From positions 44,888,001 to 44,952,000 of the forward strand of contig NC_043005.1 in assembly GCF_006345805.1 (NCBI RefSeq): DNA of 64,000 nucleotides, written 5' to 3'. The notes under the pieces are model-generated. The model was not told where the DNA came from and searched no databases. It worked only from the letters and a program-made list of their open reading frames with translations. This document shows positions 24,869 through 39,292 of this stretch, in pieces (the stretch's first letter is position 1; every line of letters begins with the position of its first letter). The DNA comes from Octopus sinensis (Eukaryota). The position numbers and the translations under genes were made by a program.

Positions 24869-25252
24869 GGGGTGCAATGGCCCAGTGGTTAGGGCAGCGG
24901 ATTCGTGGTCATAGGATCGCGGGCAATGTGTAGCAACATCTGATAGCCTGGTTGGTCATGTGAGCCTGAATTTAAAAAAAAAAAGAAAAGAAATAAAAAC
25001 TTGTTATTGAAGAACTTGTACCATGATTGTTATTTTAAGTGGAGTAAGTTAGTGCAGAATCTACCCTGCTCATTCCTAATTGAGTAACTTGGACTGGTGC
25101 ACAGTGTGCCATATATCAAGCAAAAAAGGAATCATGCTAAGGAAGATGATGATAATGATGATGATGAAGATGAAGATGAGGACAACAACAATAACAATGA
25201 TGATGGCGACGACAATGATGATGATGATCAAGAGGATTATCATCATATTCAT

Positions 25253-25445
25253 CATTGAGCTCAGAGCAGTCCCCTGGCTTGTCAGTTCCTGTCAAACTAT
25301 TCAACCTATACTGGTATGGCAAATCATCATTATCATCATCATCACCGTGGATGTTAAACGATGATGATGATGATTTTCCATACCAGTATAAGTTGAATAG
25401 TTGACAGGAACTGACAAGCCAAGGGGCCTGCTCTGAGCTCCAATG
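25253..25445. repeat. Fold-back palindrome built from a diverged family-C SINE tail
   Basis: Arms 25253-25343 and 25360-25445 are near-identical reverse complements and share the same deviations from the other family-C copies. Confidence 0.85.
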
Positions 25446-25458
25446 TTTGCTTTATATA

Positions 25459-25501
<43 letters not shown>

Positions 25502-25579
25502 ACACATATATATATACAGTACTAACCATGCTCTCCATCTTTTCAACTCTTTCTCCATCCCTCTTCACCCCTCTTAACT

Positions 25580-26420
25580 TCTCTTTACTCTTGATATCAA
25601 GAGTCTATATATGGTGATCCCACACAACAAAGGGCTTCTTGCCCTCAAACACTTCCTATACCTTTAACCCAACACCCAACCTGACACATCCACACTTCTT
25701 TTCTGGCCAAACTTGTTCTATCCTCAACTGCTTTTCCTTCAAGGGGGAGTTTTACCAACAGCTTTCAGGAGTGGCCATGGTAACTCCAACTTTCTCTGTG
25801 AAAAGGAATTGATTTTCTTTCTTCGCTCCTTTGTGCCACATGGGCTCAACTCCACTACCCTCTTTATCTGACTCCCTCCTCTCCTCTCTTGCCCTGACAC
25901 CTACTTCCTCTCTTTACTCCTACCCACCTTCTCTCTTCATTCATACCTCCATCCATCCACACCCCACCTCCACCACACATCCTTACCCCACCCACACATT
26001 CTCATCCAAAATACACACCCCACACCCACACCCACACCACCTACTTCCCAGCACCCACACCATCCACACACCCACACACACATTCACATGTCAAAGTCAC
26101 CAGCCCCTATCCACACATACACACTTACTCTCATATACACACATGCACACGCACCTTCACTTTGGGATCACCAGTACTTTATTATCTCCCCTTCTCCTAG
26201 GCTTTCCTGTCCAACTACCTTTTTTCAACTAGTCACCCTGATTGATCACTAAATCCACAAGTTTTTTTTTTATTCGCTCTCTGTTTATTTCCTCGTGTTC
26301 CTCTCTGTTGAAGAGCATAGGCTTGAAATGTAAAAGACTTTCTCACCTTCTCGAGGATCAAACTAATACACCTGCTTGTTGTTTATACACCTGTCTTCAT
26401 CTTTTGTTTTCCTGTTAATT
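25580..26420 (+). mobile_element. Degraded Penelope-like element: RT fragment plus 3' pLTR
   Basis: Broken frames give LFTLDIKSLYMVIPHNKGLLALKHFL and LNCFSFKGEFYQQLSGVAM (RT motifs typical of Penelope-like elements). A hammerhead-like motif lies at 26301-26337. Confidence 0.7.
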
Positions 26421-26453
26421 TCAAATACACACACACATACATACATACATACA

Positions 26454-26487
<34 letters not shown>

Positions 26488-26501
26488 CACACACATACAT
26501 A

Positions 26502-28143
26502 CAAGGTGCATTCCTGAAGTTTTAAGACTTTTTTTTAGGAGAGACAGTTCTAACTGTCCAAGGTTATTGTAATTTTTGTATATTATTTCTATGCATAAAA
26601 TAAGCTGACCTGCCAACTTTTGTTATTCTAAATTGAAGGAAACAGCTGTAACAGCACTTTGAACACACCCTACATATTACACCTTACTGGTTTGAAGAAT
26701 GCAGTTGAGACATGAATACAATTTGGAAGGTTGCTGTACAATAAAGTTTTTGTGTTAACCCTTTTTTTACCATATTTCTGTTGAAATGCTCTGTGTTTCT
26801 TTCACTTAATTTTAAATATAACAAAGAATTTAGTAAAATAACTTAGTTATCATTGAGCTAGTGTTAGGAACATAAATTGTGACTGAGGTTTGGTGGAAGA
26901 TTTTAATTCAGAACTTTTGGAAACAAGACATTTGTACTACAGAACCAGAAACGGTTTCAGCTGGGTTGGTATCAGAAGGGTTAAATAGGGCAAAAAATAC
27001 TAGTGAAACTTATAAAATGCTCCAGAATGCTTATGGATTAACTTGTACGAGCTGAACATGTGTTTTGCTGACACAAAGGACCAGGCAAATTAAGTCTATC
27101 AAGAAGCTCATGATGATCCTTTAGTGATAGGTCTCAAGTCTCCCTTTGTTTTGCTATGGAATCTTATATACCATTGTATAATATATTTTGCATGTTCACA
27201 CATGGAAGTAACAAAAGAAATTAACTTTAAAATAACAGAAAGACTTTATTCTTCCATAAAGTGGTACAATGGATCAAATAAGAAATATTACGAATTCTAG
27301 TAACCATAGGTCATCCACTATATGAATAATTCAACTTAGGTTGTCATTAGTTACATGTGCTCTGTTATATTAATTTTCCTCTGGTAGAAAAGAAATCAGC
27401 ATAACTCGTCTTAATGAAAATCACTGACCCCTCTGATTTAAATAATTTGTCACGTGAATTTTGGGAAAAGGTAGACTCCAGAGCGCAAACCAATTAGTTG
27501 TTACAGAATGTATTATGTGCAATGTAATTAGACCTTCGATCCAAATCCCATGCAATACTCAACCAACCACAGCACAAGACTCATCCAATGGTCAAAACTC
27601 ACATGATGGGTAAAATGACCAATCATTACAGATTACTGTGCTGAGCCTATAAAGGGCTAATTGTCTTCAATATGCCATAATAGAAACTGGTAATGATACA
27701 ATCCTCTTTTTCAATAACGAGGGATTCATCTACATTCACTGGGTTCCCTCTGGACAGACAGTCAACAAACAGTACTTTGTATAGCTTTTGAAGGAGTTCA
27801 GGAAGAGATTCCATCACAAAAAGCTAAAGAGTCTGCAACAGGATAAAGCACCACTCATCAATTCCATCCTGGTAACCAACTACTTGACATTAAAACAATG
27901 GGCCTTAAAACATCTCTCACCCTCCCTACACTCCAGACTGTGCTCCCTGTGACTTTTGGTTGTTCCTCATGCTGATGGAGGCTGTGACAAGGGACCTGGA
28001 CATTTTCACTTTGGAGTTGCTCGAGTGCTACAACTAGAGTAATAATATCAGAGGATCCTACTTTGAAGGAGACTAGAGTTTTGTACTTCATTGAAATTAA
28101 TGAATGTCTTTCTTGGAACAGTCTCAAAACTTCTGGAATGCAA

Positions 28144-28147
<4 letters not shown>
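26502..28147 (+). mobile_element. Degenerate mariner (DD34D-type) element with nested insertions
   Basis: TIRs CAAGGTGCATTCCTGAAGTTTTAAGACT and AGTCTCAAAACTTCTGGAATGCAATTTG. Fragments KFCVK*GKNTSETYKMLQNAYG, HWVPSGQTVNKQYF and PYTPDCAPCDFWLF. Confidence 0.75.
26759..26980. mobile_element. piggyBac-type MITE
   Basis: TTAA at 26755-58 and 26981-84; termini CCCTTTTTTTACCA and TGGTATCAGAAGGG. A similar TTAA/CCCTT-ended MITE lies at about 41265-41490. Confidence 0.8.
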
Positions 28148-28187
<40 letters not shown>

Positions 28188-28345
28188 TGTGTGCACATAC
28201 ACACATATATATATATGTATAGACATATATATTCACATGTATATATATATGTATATGTACATATCTCTATGTATATGTATGCATATATCTGTGTGTGTGT
28301 GTGTTATATATACATACATATATGTATATATATATATATATTTAC

Positions 28346-28621
28346 CGAAAAAAGCATAGTGTTTGCTGATTTTAACCCACACTGGTGGAAAGGGGAGAGC
28401 AGAAATTCTTCGCTTGCATATTTGAGTTTGTTGGCACTGTTAGTTTCGAGCGGATCTTCAGAAGCGATAAGAAGCCGAAAGGGTATGCTCCCACTTTCAG
28501 TGTTTTCAAATCCAAACCAGGGAGTTCTGAGCTGATGATAGAAATGTCGATTTTGACTAATCTTGAAACGTACGTTCTCAAATAACCTTTGCATTTGATT
28601 TTTTAATGTCTCTACCCCCAT
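28346..28621 (-). CDS. Putative first coding exon of the unidentified gene divergent from MORN5 (MGVETLKNQMQRLFENVRFKISQNRHFYHQLRTPWFGFEN…KSANTMLFS)
   Basis: ATG at 28621, 92 open codons, donor G|GTAAAT at 28345 (phase 0). Upstream acceptor ctctctcatatAG at 28650-49 keeps the frame open from 28648. Unique, CpG-retaining sequence. Confidence 0.55.
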
Positions 28622-28762
28622 ACTTTCGTGAGTTGAATTGAGCAAACACTATATGAGAGAGGTTTTCTTTAAGTATTAGAAATAGTTTTATAAATGTTTT
28701 TTTAGCTGCTATTTCTAATGAGTTCAGTATGCGGCAAAGTAATTTATTTTACTAAGCCCTTT

Positions 28763-29964
<1,202 letters not shown>

Positions 29965-31569
29965 ACTTTAAGAAAGGTCTATCTATCTATCTATCTATCT
30001 CTTGTTTCACGGTTGCTTCATCGATTTATGAGAGAATATAAACTAATAATTAAACTGATAGTCAACAAAAGTAGAAGGCCATTTGCATTGTTAGGATTAT
30101 GATAACATGATATCATTTGAAATATTCGATTACAATTAAATATTTGCCGTAATTAAATTGAATAACTGTGCAGATATGACAAATGTCTTTCCGGTTAATC
30201 ATTATTTTAGCTATATAAATAGGAGCCACATTATTTAAGCACCAGCTTGCCTTCAGGTGATTGTAGATGTCAATACCTGGAGTTTGAAAAGGATTTGAAT
30301 ACAGCTTAAATGAATGGGGTTTGATCGCACTATCAATCTCCTCTTTTGTGTTATTTATATTGATTTCTAACTTAAGTACAAAATCTCGCGTTTCAGGTGG
30401 AGTTTTGCGGATTAAATTGACTTCAGTATGTGACTGGTACTTTATTTATCATACCCAAGAGAATGAGAGATATAGATTTCGGCGAGATTTAAAACCTCAG
30501 AACTTGAAAAGCAAATAACTAGATACTGCAAAGCATTTTGTCTGACGCTCAAACGATCCTTGTAATTCAGGTGTCACACACATAAACACACAGACACACA
30601 CACACACACACATGCCCACAATAGAGAATGGAATGAAATTGCATGATGATAATGCCTTTCTCAACGGTGTTAGCAGTTGAAGTGAAATTATTTGGCTTTA
30701 ACCGAGTATTTAAAATAGCTCATGGGTTTGTCTAACCCAGAAGCTTTAGTGTATTTATTTACTATTTATTATTCGGTGTTAAAGACAATATATTGCATTA
30801 AAGATAGCTAGCATTGCAGTATACTACTGCACTAACAGCATTTCTGTATTTAGTTATGGCCCTTTCAGTGAAGGCATTCAAATCTTGAAGTGGTTTAAAT
30901 AATTAATTTATACTATTAATAGACTGAAACATATTTAACCGACTCTTACCTCGCACATTCCTTTTCAACTATTGGTCTTCAACCTAGATAGAAAATCGTT
31001 ATGTACTGAGGTTGATTTAATCGACGTTCCTTGTCATCAAATTTGTGGTCTTGTACCTATACTAGAAATCAATATATCATATTATTTTATATTATATTGT
31101 AATGAATTATTCACGTGTATACAAACGACATATAGATATATACATACATACACATATTTACAACAATTGTATTGATAGAAAGTTTAAGGTTTCATTGATA
31201 TAAGTTTTAAGAAACTTTAAGGTTGCTGTCAACAAAATAAATAATTTTTGAATATCAGTCTTTACATATGTGCTGAGTCTTTAATTCAGTTAATGTTTGT
31301 TGCTTTTATCCATACAAAAGTACTTTTAATTAATTACAAATATATAAACACACACGCACACACATATGTATATGGTGCCAATTAAAAAGCACCTAGTCCA
31401 CTCTGTAACGTGGTTGGTGTTAGGAATGGTATCCAGTTGTATAAACCATGCCAAAACAGACTGGAGCTAGGGGCAGTCCTCCGGTTTGCCAGCTCCTGTC
31501 AAACTGTCTAACCCATTCCAGCATGGAAAACAGACGTTAAACGATGATGATTAAGATATATAGACTTCT

Positions 31570-31990
31570 TTCACAGAGTGAAAGGTAGATTGTACAATGC
31601 CTATGTATGACCAGCAATGCTACAGGTTGTGAAACTTAAGCTATGAAATCAAAGTACATATGAAGAAGACTAGAAGTAAATGAAGCTTATATGCTCTGCT
31701 GGATGTGCAGTGACAGTGTGCACATACAACAAAGTACAAATGTGTTGAGAGAAAATTTGGGTATAAGAAACATTAAATATGGTGTGCAAGACAAAAGATT
31801 GTGCTGGTATGATCGTATGATATGGATGAATGTGAACAGATGCATAAAGAAATGCTTATCAATAAATGTGAATGGAACCTGTGGAAGAGGAAGACTCAAA
31901 AAGATGTAGGATACAGTAATGAAGACCAAACTCAAGATGTTGAGCCCTGTGGAGGAGATGACAAATGGTTGAGATGAATTGGGATATGCT
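31570..31990 (+). mobile_element. RTE-clade LINE 3' fragment
   Basis: Broken ORF RVKGRLY…LCWMC…VLRENLGI…KRLCWYDRM…GTCGRGRLKK. Other LINE-like debris at about 7380-7520, 9960-10240 and 40590-41130. Confidence 0.75.
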
Positions 31991-32100
31991 GTAGTTGAGA
32001 AAAACCCTCCAACTCAACAAAAATGAGATTCTGTCAAGACTTCTCCCATAACTCATCTTCTGACACCCATCCCTCAATCAATCTCCTAACTATGACACTA

Positions 32101-32317
32101 CAAGGGGGTACTGGAAAGTTCCTGGCTTTGAGTAAAAGAAAATATAGGAGGATACGTTAATTATGATTTTATTCAACATATTCCCCTCCCAGATTCACAT
32201 ACTTATTGCAGTAGTCCTTTAGTTTTTCCAAGCCCTGTAAAAGAACCCGGAAGGTTGAGCTTCCAACCAGGCCTTTCGTGACACCCTCAAAACCCAAAAC
32301 TTTTCAGCATCCCCTCG
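32101..32317 (+). mobile_element. mariner-derived MITE
   Basis: TA-flanked, TIR (C)AAGGGGGTACTGGAAAGTT / AACTTTTCAGCATCCCCTCG. An oppositely oriented copy of the same internal sequence lies at 40367-40576. Confidence 0.75.
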
Positions 32318-35279
32318 TAACCCCCTAGTGCTGTGAATGATACCATTTCTTCCCCCTTCACTTTGCATTGTATTTCTGTTACTGTCACTTATCAATTCCT
32401 TCTCCTTGACCTATTTTTTTCATTTATTCTCCTCTAAACTGATATTTATTGCATATAGTGATTGGTGTTTGGAAGAGCATCCAGCTGTAATCTTTTCCTG
32501 ACTTTTTTGCATCTGAAGCCCACCACACCTCCAAAAGCATATTATTTAATTCAAATTCCAATTTTATTTGCAACATTTTAAGCTTCCACTTCTTGTCCTG
32601 TACTTTTCCTGGTTCATTTAAGAATATTATCACTTTCTTGCATTTATTTTTCCAGTTCATCAACTCTTTTTGCAGGCATCACTTTTTACCTGTTAAAATT
32701 AAAAAATAATAATTGGTTTTAAGAAATAACAGTTGTATTCATTATTTTAATTATCAATTATCTATTATTGGCATTGATTGGTTTTATCATTAGGTACAAA
32801 AATAAACTTAGAAAATAATTCTTGGTTTAACACTTAAACATAAATCTTACTTAAAAAACCACAAGGAAAATGTACAATTTGATGAGCTTAAATTGGCATA
32901 TTTATGCCTGAAATCAAAAATAAATATTTTATTCTCATAGAACCTTGGCATTTTCACTAAATGTGAATAAAAAATTATGGAATATTTTGCACCTAAACTT
33001 GAACTGGAAATCACAATTATTTTTGCACCTAAAAGTTGACTATTTTGCACTTTTAATTCACTCTTTACGTATGATTTATCTATAAAATAAATTGGACATG
33101 CGTGATCATTGTATTCTTTCTTGTCTTGAGGTTCACAGCCAAACAACTGGGTGGATTTGTGTAAAAAAATGGCACACACACAGAGACAGGTGCATAGATT
33201 GGAATGCAGTTTGTATTTTTTTCCTAGCCCCCATACTTACCGAAAAAATCTATTAAAACTTTTTCTAATGGAATTCCCCTGTTTGCTCTGCCATTAAAAC
33301 AACCAGTTGCTCACACAGCCAGCATACACCATTTCGCTAGCAACAAGGGGAATACAGGATGACAGTCAGTCCAAACTTTCTCTCTGCTGTCTCTCTTCTT
33401 TCACCTCTTTGACGGGTTAATAATCTTCATCTTTAGTTACAGTTTCTCATTTAAACTACATAATAGGCAAATTGTCAGATTAAGACAGTAAGGTGTTTTG
33501 AGGGAGATTTGACTTCTATTTCTACCAGGTCTAGCTACCATGTAGAGGTCTGAACTGAATTTTCATTTACATATTTGCATTTCAAAAATTTAACATAATC
33601 TTTTCCATAAATCAACTATTGTAAACATTTTCTACCATGACCTCACACTTTCTATGTATGCGTATGTGTACCTTAAAAAACGTGATTAGACAGAGGTCCA
33701 ATAGAATAGCTCTCAGAAACAGGCTACATGCAAATTCTTTCTTCACAACTCCTGAAGCTGTTTTCTGACAAGCGGTGGGGTGGGGGTGTTGTCAGGAAAT
33801 TTTCATACAGCTGGAGGCTCCAATTGAAACAAGGAACCCGAAATGATAAGGTTGAAAAACACTGTTATAGATTATGCCTAATCAAAAACGATCACAACCA
33901 CATCATCCAAACAAACCGGGTGAAACTGGACTTAGCCGCTAGTTAAATATACATATTAGAAAATCAGAAAACTTTTTAGTTTGTGCAACACTTCTCTAAA
34001 AGACAAACATCTAGATAGAACCAATCCAAAGATACTGATCAAAATTCGGTACTAGTGCATCACTGCCTCTTTTCTCTGCATTGCTACTGAATGTTATTGT
34101 CAAAGCTTCCCATTAGACAAAATTCATTGATAACTACCCCAGAATTTGATTGCTTTTTGTTTCATAAATTTTTACTTTCTACAGTGCGATTTTTGACAAT
34201 GATTACGTAATTAGGGTACTCTTATGATTTTTTATTTCAGCATAATTAAAGCTAAAATAATAATGGAATAAGGAAGCTATTCTATTTACAAGTTACATCT
34301 ATGCAGTCTCTCCCATTTTTAGATACATATTCTATCTTAACTTTTTTAACCCAGCCAATTTTGTATTATAGTATCTAATATTTATCCTCATTATCATTTG
34401 ATCGAGCTTACTTAAAATGTAGCAGAGCTCTAGCCTTTTCCTATGAACTTAACTGCATTTAATTAAGAATTGGATTAGAGAGAAAGAGAGAGAGAGAGAG
34501 AAAGAGCATAGAAATGAGCATGTAAAAGTAAATATTAACCTTGAGAATATCAGCCACCCATTGCTGTAGGTGAATGATGGTATTGTTGTAAATATTGTCA
34601 TCCATTTAGTGCCATGTTGTATTGGCTCATCTCTCAACTCTGTTCTCTAACATTTAGATATGATTTTTAAGAGAGACACGAACAAGACATTTTGGAGATG
34701 GATTTTGTCAATTATTGTATTGACCCCTACCCTTAACCCCCTTCAGAAACCAAATTGGTGGTGCCAGTATGTTTTGCACTTTGAACAAGAGGGATTTTAT
34801 TACGTTTAATTAGTTACAAGTCATTAAATTTATTGATCTGCTATTTCTGAATATTTGAAAATAATAACAGCTGCCAAGACAAATAAATTCTTTGAATTTT
34901 GTGGTGAACATTGTAGTTATACTTATTTGTACAATGTTAGAACATTTTAGCAAAGAGAATAATCAGTTGAATTGAACAAAATCTCTATCTTTATACTTAT
35001 TTTACCTCTTCTATAGAAATGAAAGATAAATGTTTGCATAGTTTAGAAGTTTGGCTCACAACTGTGTGATTCTAGTTTCACTCCTATAACCATTGTACTT
35101 TAGGCAAGGTTCACAGGCTGTCTCTAAAGGGGTGATGCTAGAGCTGTGAAATCTTGCATGCATTAATTCCCAATCTTCTTATTAATAACTGCATTGTTTC
35201 TCTCCATGTAATCTGACATTTGACTGTTCAAAGAAGACTTCAAAAGTAACTAGTAGCAATTTCTCTTGAAAAATCAACA

Positions 35280-36210
35280 GAATATGGCATTGTGGTGTTA
35301 TCAAGTACCTGCAGAAAAAGAGTTTATCCCCCAAGGACATTCATGCTCACATGGCTGCTACATTAGGGAATAATGCTCCAGCTTTATCTACAGTGAAAAA
35401 GTGGGTGGCTGGATTTAGGAGGGGAAGGGAGAGTATTAAAGATGACCCAAGGTCTGGACAACCTGCAACTGCCACCACTGAGGAAAACATTGATTGTGTT
35501 CACACATGGTGATGGATGACAGGTCACAGACTATAAATCAAATGGGCAATGCTATTAACATATCCTGTGAGAGAGTTGAGAATATTCTGCACGATAAAGC
35601 TTTTTGTATGATGAAGGTTTCTGCTTGGTGGGTGCCACATCTTTTGACACCTGATCAAAAGCTTGCCAAGCAGATCAATTCATGGGAAAATCTGACATTG
35701 TGTGAGGCAAATCTAGCTGCTTTCCTTGAACATTTCTTAACCCAGGATGAGTATTGGGTTCACCACTTTGTGGCAGGGACAAAGAGATAATCCATCCAAG
35801 GTTGTTTCCTCTGCTGGGAAGGTGATGGCTTTAGTTTTTTGGGGATGCAACAGGCATTGTGTATATTTATTGACTATCTTCAAAAGGGCCTCATCCTCAA
35901 TGGAAAATACTATACAAACTTGCTGAGGCAGTTACAAAAGGCTACCAAGACCAAATGCCCAGGAAAACTGATGAAAGGGGTCTTGTTTCATGAAGACAAT
36001 GCTCCAGCACACAAGTCTTTGGTTTCAATGACTGCTGTGCTGACTGTGGCTTTGAACCTGTTGATTATCCTTCATATTCTCCTGATTTGGCCCCATCTGA
36101 CTATCATCTGTTCCCTAACATGAAAAAACACTTGGCTGGGAACTAGTATTGCAGTAGTAATGACATCATACCTGCTGCTGATGACTTTTTTTACCAGTGA
36201 GATGAAATCG
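35280..36210 (+). pseudogene. Degenerate DD34D mariner transposase
   Basis: VIKYLQKK…KKWVAGFRRGRESIKDDPRSGQP, WVPHLLT, TQDEYWVHH, LFHEDNAPAH…YSPDLAPSDYHLFP (34 spacing after one frameshift). Many stops. Confidence 0.9.
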
Positions 36211-37160
36211 AATTATAACCAGCCGAAATTGCAAAGATAATCTGGAACTTGACTGATGAAAGAAAACTTTGAATGACCCATCCTTGTTTTTTCTTGTCCC
36301 TTTTTTGTATCATCTAACTGTCTGGATGTTTTGCGTTCTTGTCCCATTTTTCGTATTCCTTTACATATATATATGCACACATATATGGGCATGCCTGTGT
36401 GGTAAGTAGCTTGCTTACTAACCACATCCTTCTGGGTTCAGTCCCACTGTGTGGAACCTTGGGCAAGTGTCTTCTACTATAGCCTTGGGCCAACCAAAGC
36501 CTTGTGAGTGGATTTGGTAGACGGAAACTGAAAGAAGCCTGTCATATATATATATATATATATATGTGTATGTATATGTTTGTATCTCTGTGTTTGTTCC
36601 CCCACCATCACTTGACAATCTATGTTGATGTGTTTATGCCCCTGTAACTTAGTAGTTCAACAAAAGAGACTGATAGAATAAGTGCTAGGCTTACAAAGAA
36701 TAAGTCCTGGGATCAATTTGTTCCACTAAAGGCGGTGCTCCAGCATGGCTGCAGTCAAATGACTGCAACAAATGAATGAATATGTGTGTGTGTGTGAGCT
36801 TTTGTGTACATTTAACAAAATGTCATGTGATGTGACCATCATACAAGCAGCACTATCTGCTTCCCATCTTCTGTAACAAAACTTTATCTCGCCTGGAAAT
36901 GAATGAGAGTGGACTACCTGAAGGACACCCAGCTGTAGAAAAGCTGCCTCAACAACTTCTATCTGATCCATGCTGGCATGGAAAATTGGTCGTTAAAACA
37001 ATGATGATGATATTGATGTAGGATGACTTTACCTTTCATTTTCACACATGACGTAAATATAAGACTAAGTTCTGAAGTTGATATAACTGACTAAATTCAT
37101 TTATACACACACACATATATATGTGTATACATGCACACCCATATACTCACACACACACAC

Positions 37161-37200
<40 letters not shown>

Positions 37201-38210
37201 ACCTTCCTCTGATGTATATTAGTAAAGGATATAAGCATCAATAAACTGTTGCTTTACAAATACAGAGACATTTGTTTAGTGTTAAGTTACAAATACTCTG
37301 TTGCTACTCTCACTGACAAAAATTCACTGAACCAGAGATTGGTCCATTCAACATAACCTGTGTCCAGTGATACTATTAGTCACCAATCATGATATAAAAA
37401 TAAATTAAAATGAAGATGCCTGGTAGTATTTGAACCAGGAATGTAGACAATCATCATCATCATCATCATTATCATCATTTAATGTCCATTTTCAATGCTG
37501 GTAAGGTTGGAAACTACATAAGACTCCAGTTGTCTGTTTTGGCATGGTTTCTTCGACCAGATGCCCTTCCTAATGCCAATCACCTTACAGAGTGTACCAG
37601 ATGCTTTTATGTGGAACCAGCACCAAATGAAACTAAAAGCAAACAAAAAAAAATATATTGCAAGACATTTAGCTTAGTACTTACTGATTTCTACTCATAT
37701 TGGCATTTATTCAGTACGGTCTGAACTGACTCAAACCAAAGAATCTTCAGTATCATGAACAGATGATGACCATTCTCAGTCATCAGATGTGCCTGATACA
37801 GGAATGATTGGCCAGCCACAATTCCAACAACTGACACTTTCTAAACTAAGATTAAACATCAATTCAAGATGTAACTTGTGCAGTAAGGGGAAAATAAACA
37901 TAATCCACCTTGCAGGTCCTCTTGTAATGTTAATCTTTTCCAGCAGGCATATATATGTCCAAAATCTTGCTGTCTAACCTCTGGCCAGAACTAATGGCAA
38001 GTTCTCTCAACTCATGTGGCCACCACATCTATCCTGAATGACAGCCTCAAGGCAAAAGATATCTACATTAGTCATCTTTCCACTCACATGACCCCCCTTG
38101 CTCCTCTCCTGCAAAGGCCCCCTTGGCTATTTGCATGATGTTACTGACCCTATAATCCTAAATCTAATTTTTCCCTGAAAGTCTGGATTTTCTCCCTAAT
38201 ATTATTATTA

Positions 38211-38299
<89 letters not shown>

Positions 38300-39257
38300 T
38301 ACATATATATAAACATATGTGTATATATATGTGTCTATGTGTGTGTGTGTGTACAAATATATATATATACATACCAGATCCACTTACAAGACTTTTGTTT
38401 GTATGGGACTGTAGTAGAAAACACTTGCCCAAGGTGCCACTGTCATGCAGTGAGACTGAATCCAGAACCATGTGGTTGGAAAGCAAACTTCTTATCACAT
38501 GTACACTTTACACACACAAAAATGGATCTAGGAAATGTATAAAGGAATCTTCAGACTTAGAACCTGGTGAGCTACAAAAGGAAATAAGTTGAATTGGTGC
38601 ATTTGAGATCTGTTTAGGTCACCTCTAGTGAAAATTCCTTTTCATAATGCCAGATCATGGAATACTGATGTAGCATTAATTGTTAGGATGACTTAGACGT
38701 GTCTTGCAACTGTTAGGTGTTGATAATATATAAATGATTTAAAGACATGATGAGGATGAAAAAGAATATCTATACGCATGATGGAGGGAAAAAAAATCAT
38801 ACATGAAAGGAAGTTGTATACAGATTACATAATTGTCTCTCATCTACAAAGGGATCGTTAATTAATTCATCATCATCATCATCACCACCACCACCAACAC
38901 CATCATCACCATCACCTTTGCTATCATTATTATCAACGTCATCATCATCATTATCATCACCACCACTGCCACCACTACATCGTCATCATCACCATCCATT
39001 GTCACCATCATCATTATCATCATTGTCATCATCATTATTGTCATCTTTCTAATGTCCATACTTCCATGCTTGCATGGATAGGACAGAATTTATTGAGGTA
39101 GATGATTTTCTACTGCTGGATGCCTTACATGCCACCAACCTTTACCTGTTTCCAAGCAAGGTAATATTTCCCCATCGCCAGACATGATTTTGCAGAAGAT
39201 GAGAAATGAATGACATTCTTTTACAATAATCACACATATGTCAAAATACTGAGACAT

Positions 39258-39292
<35 letters not shown>

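Noticed and set aside
28346-28648. NDUFA8 as the divergent neighbour of MORN5, as in human
   Set aside because: No twin CX9C pattern or other similarity in any frame.
32424-32663. 79-aa minus-strand ORF
   Set aside because: No ATG in a plausible context in frame, no recognisable motif, and it overlaps a SINE fragment.
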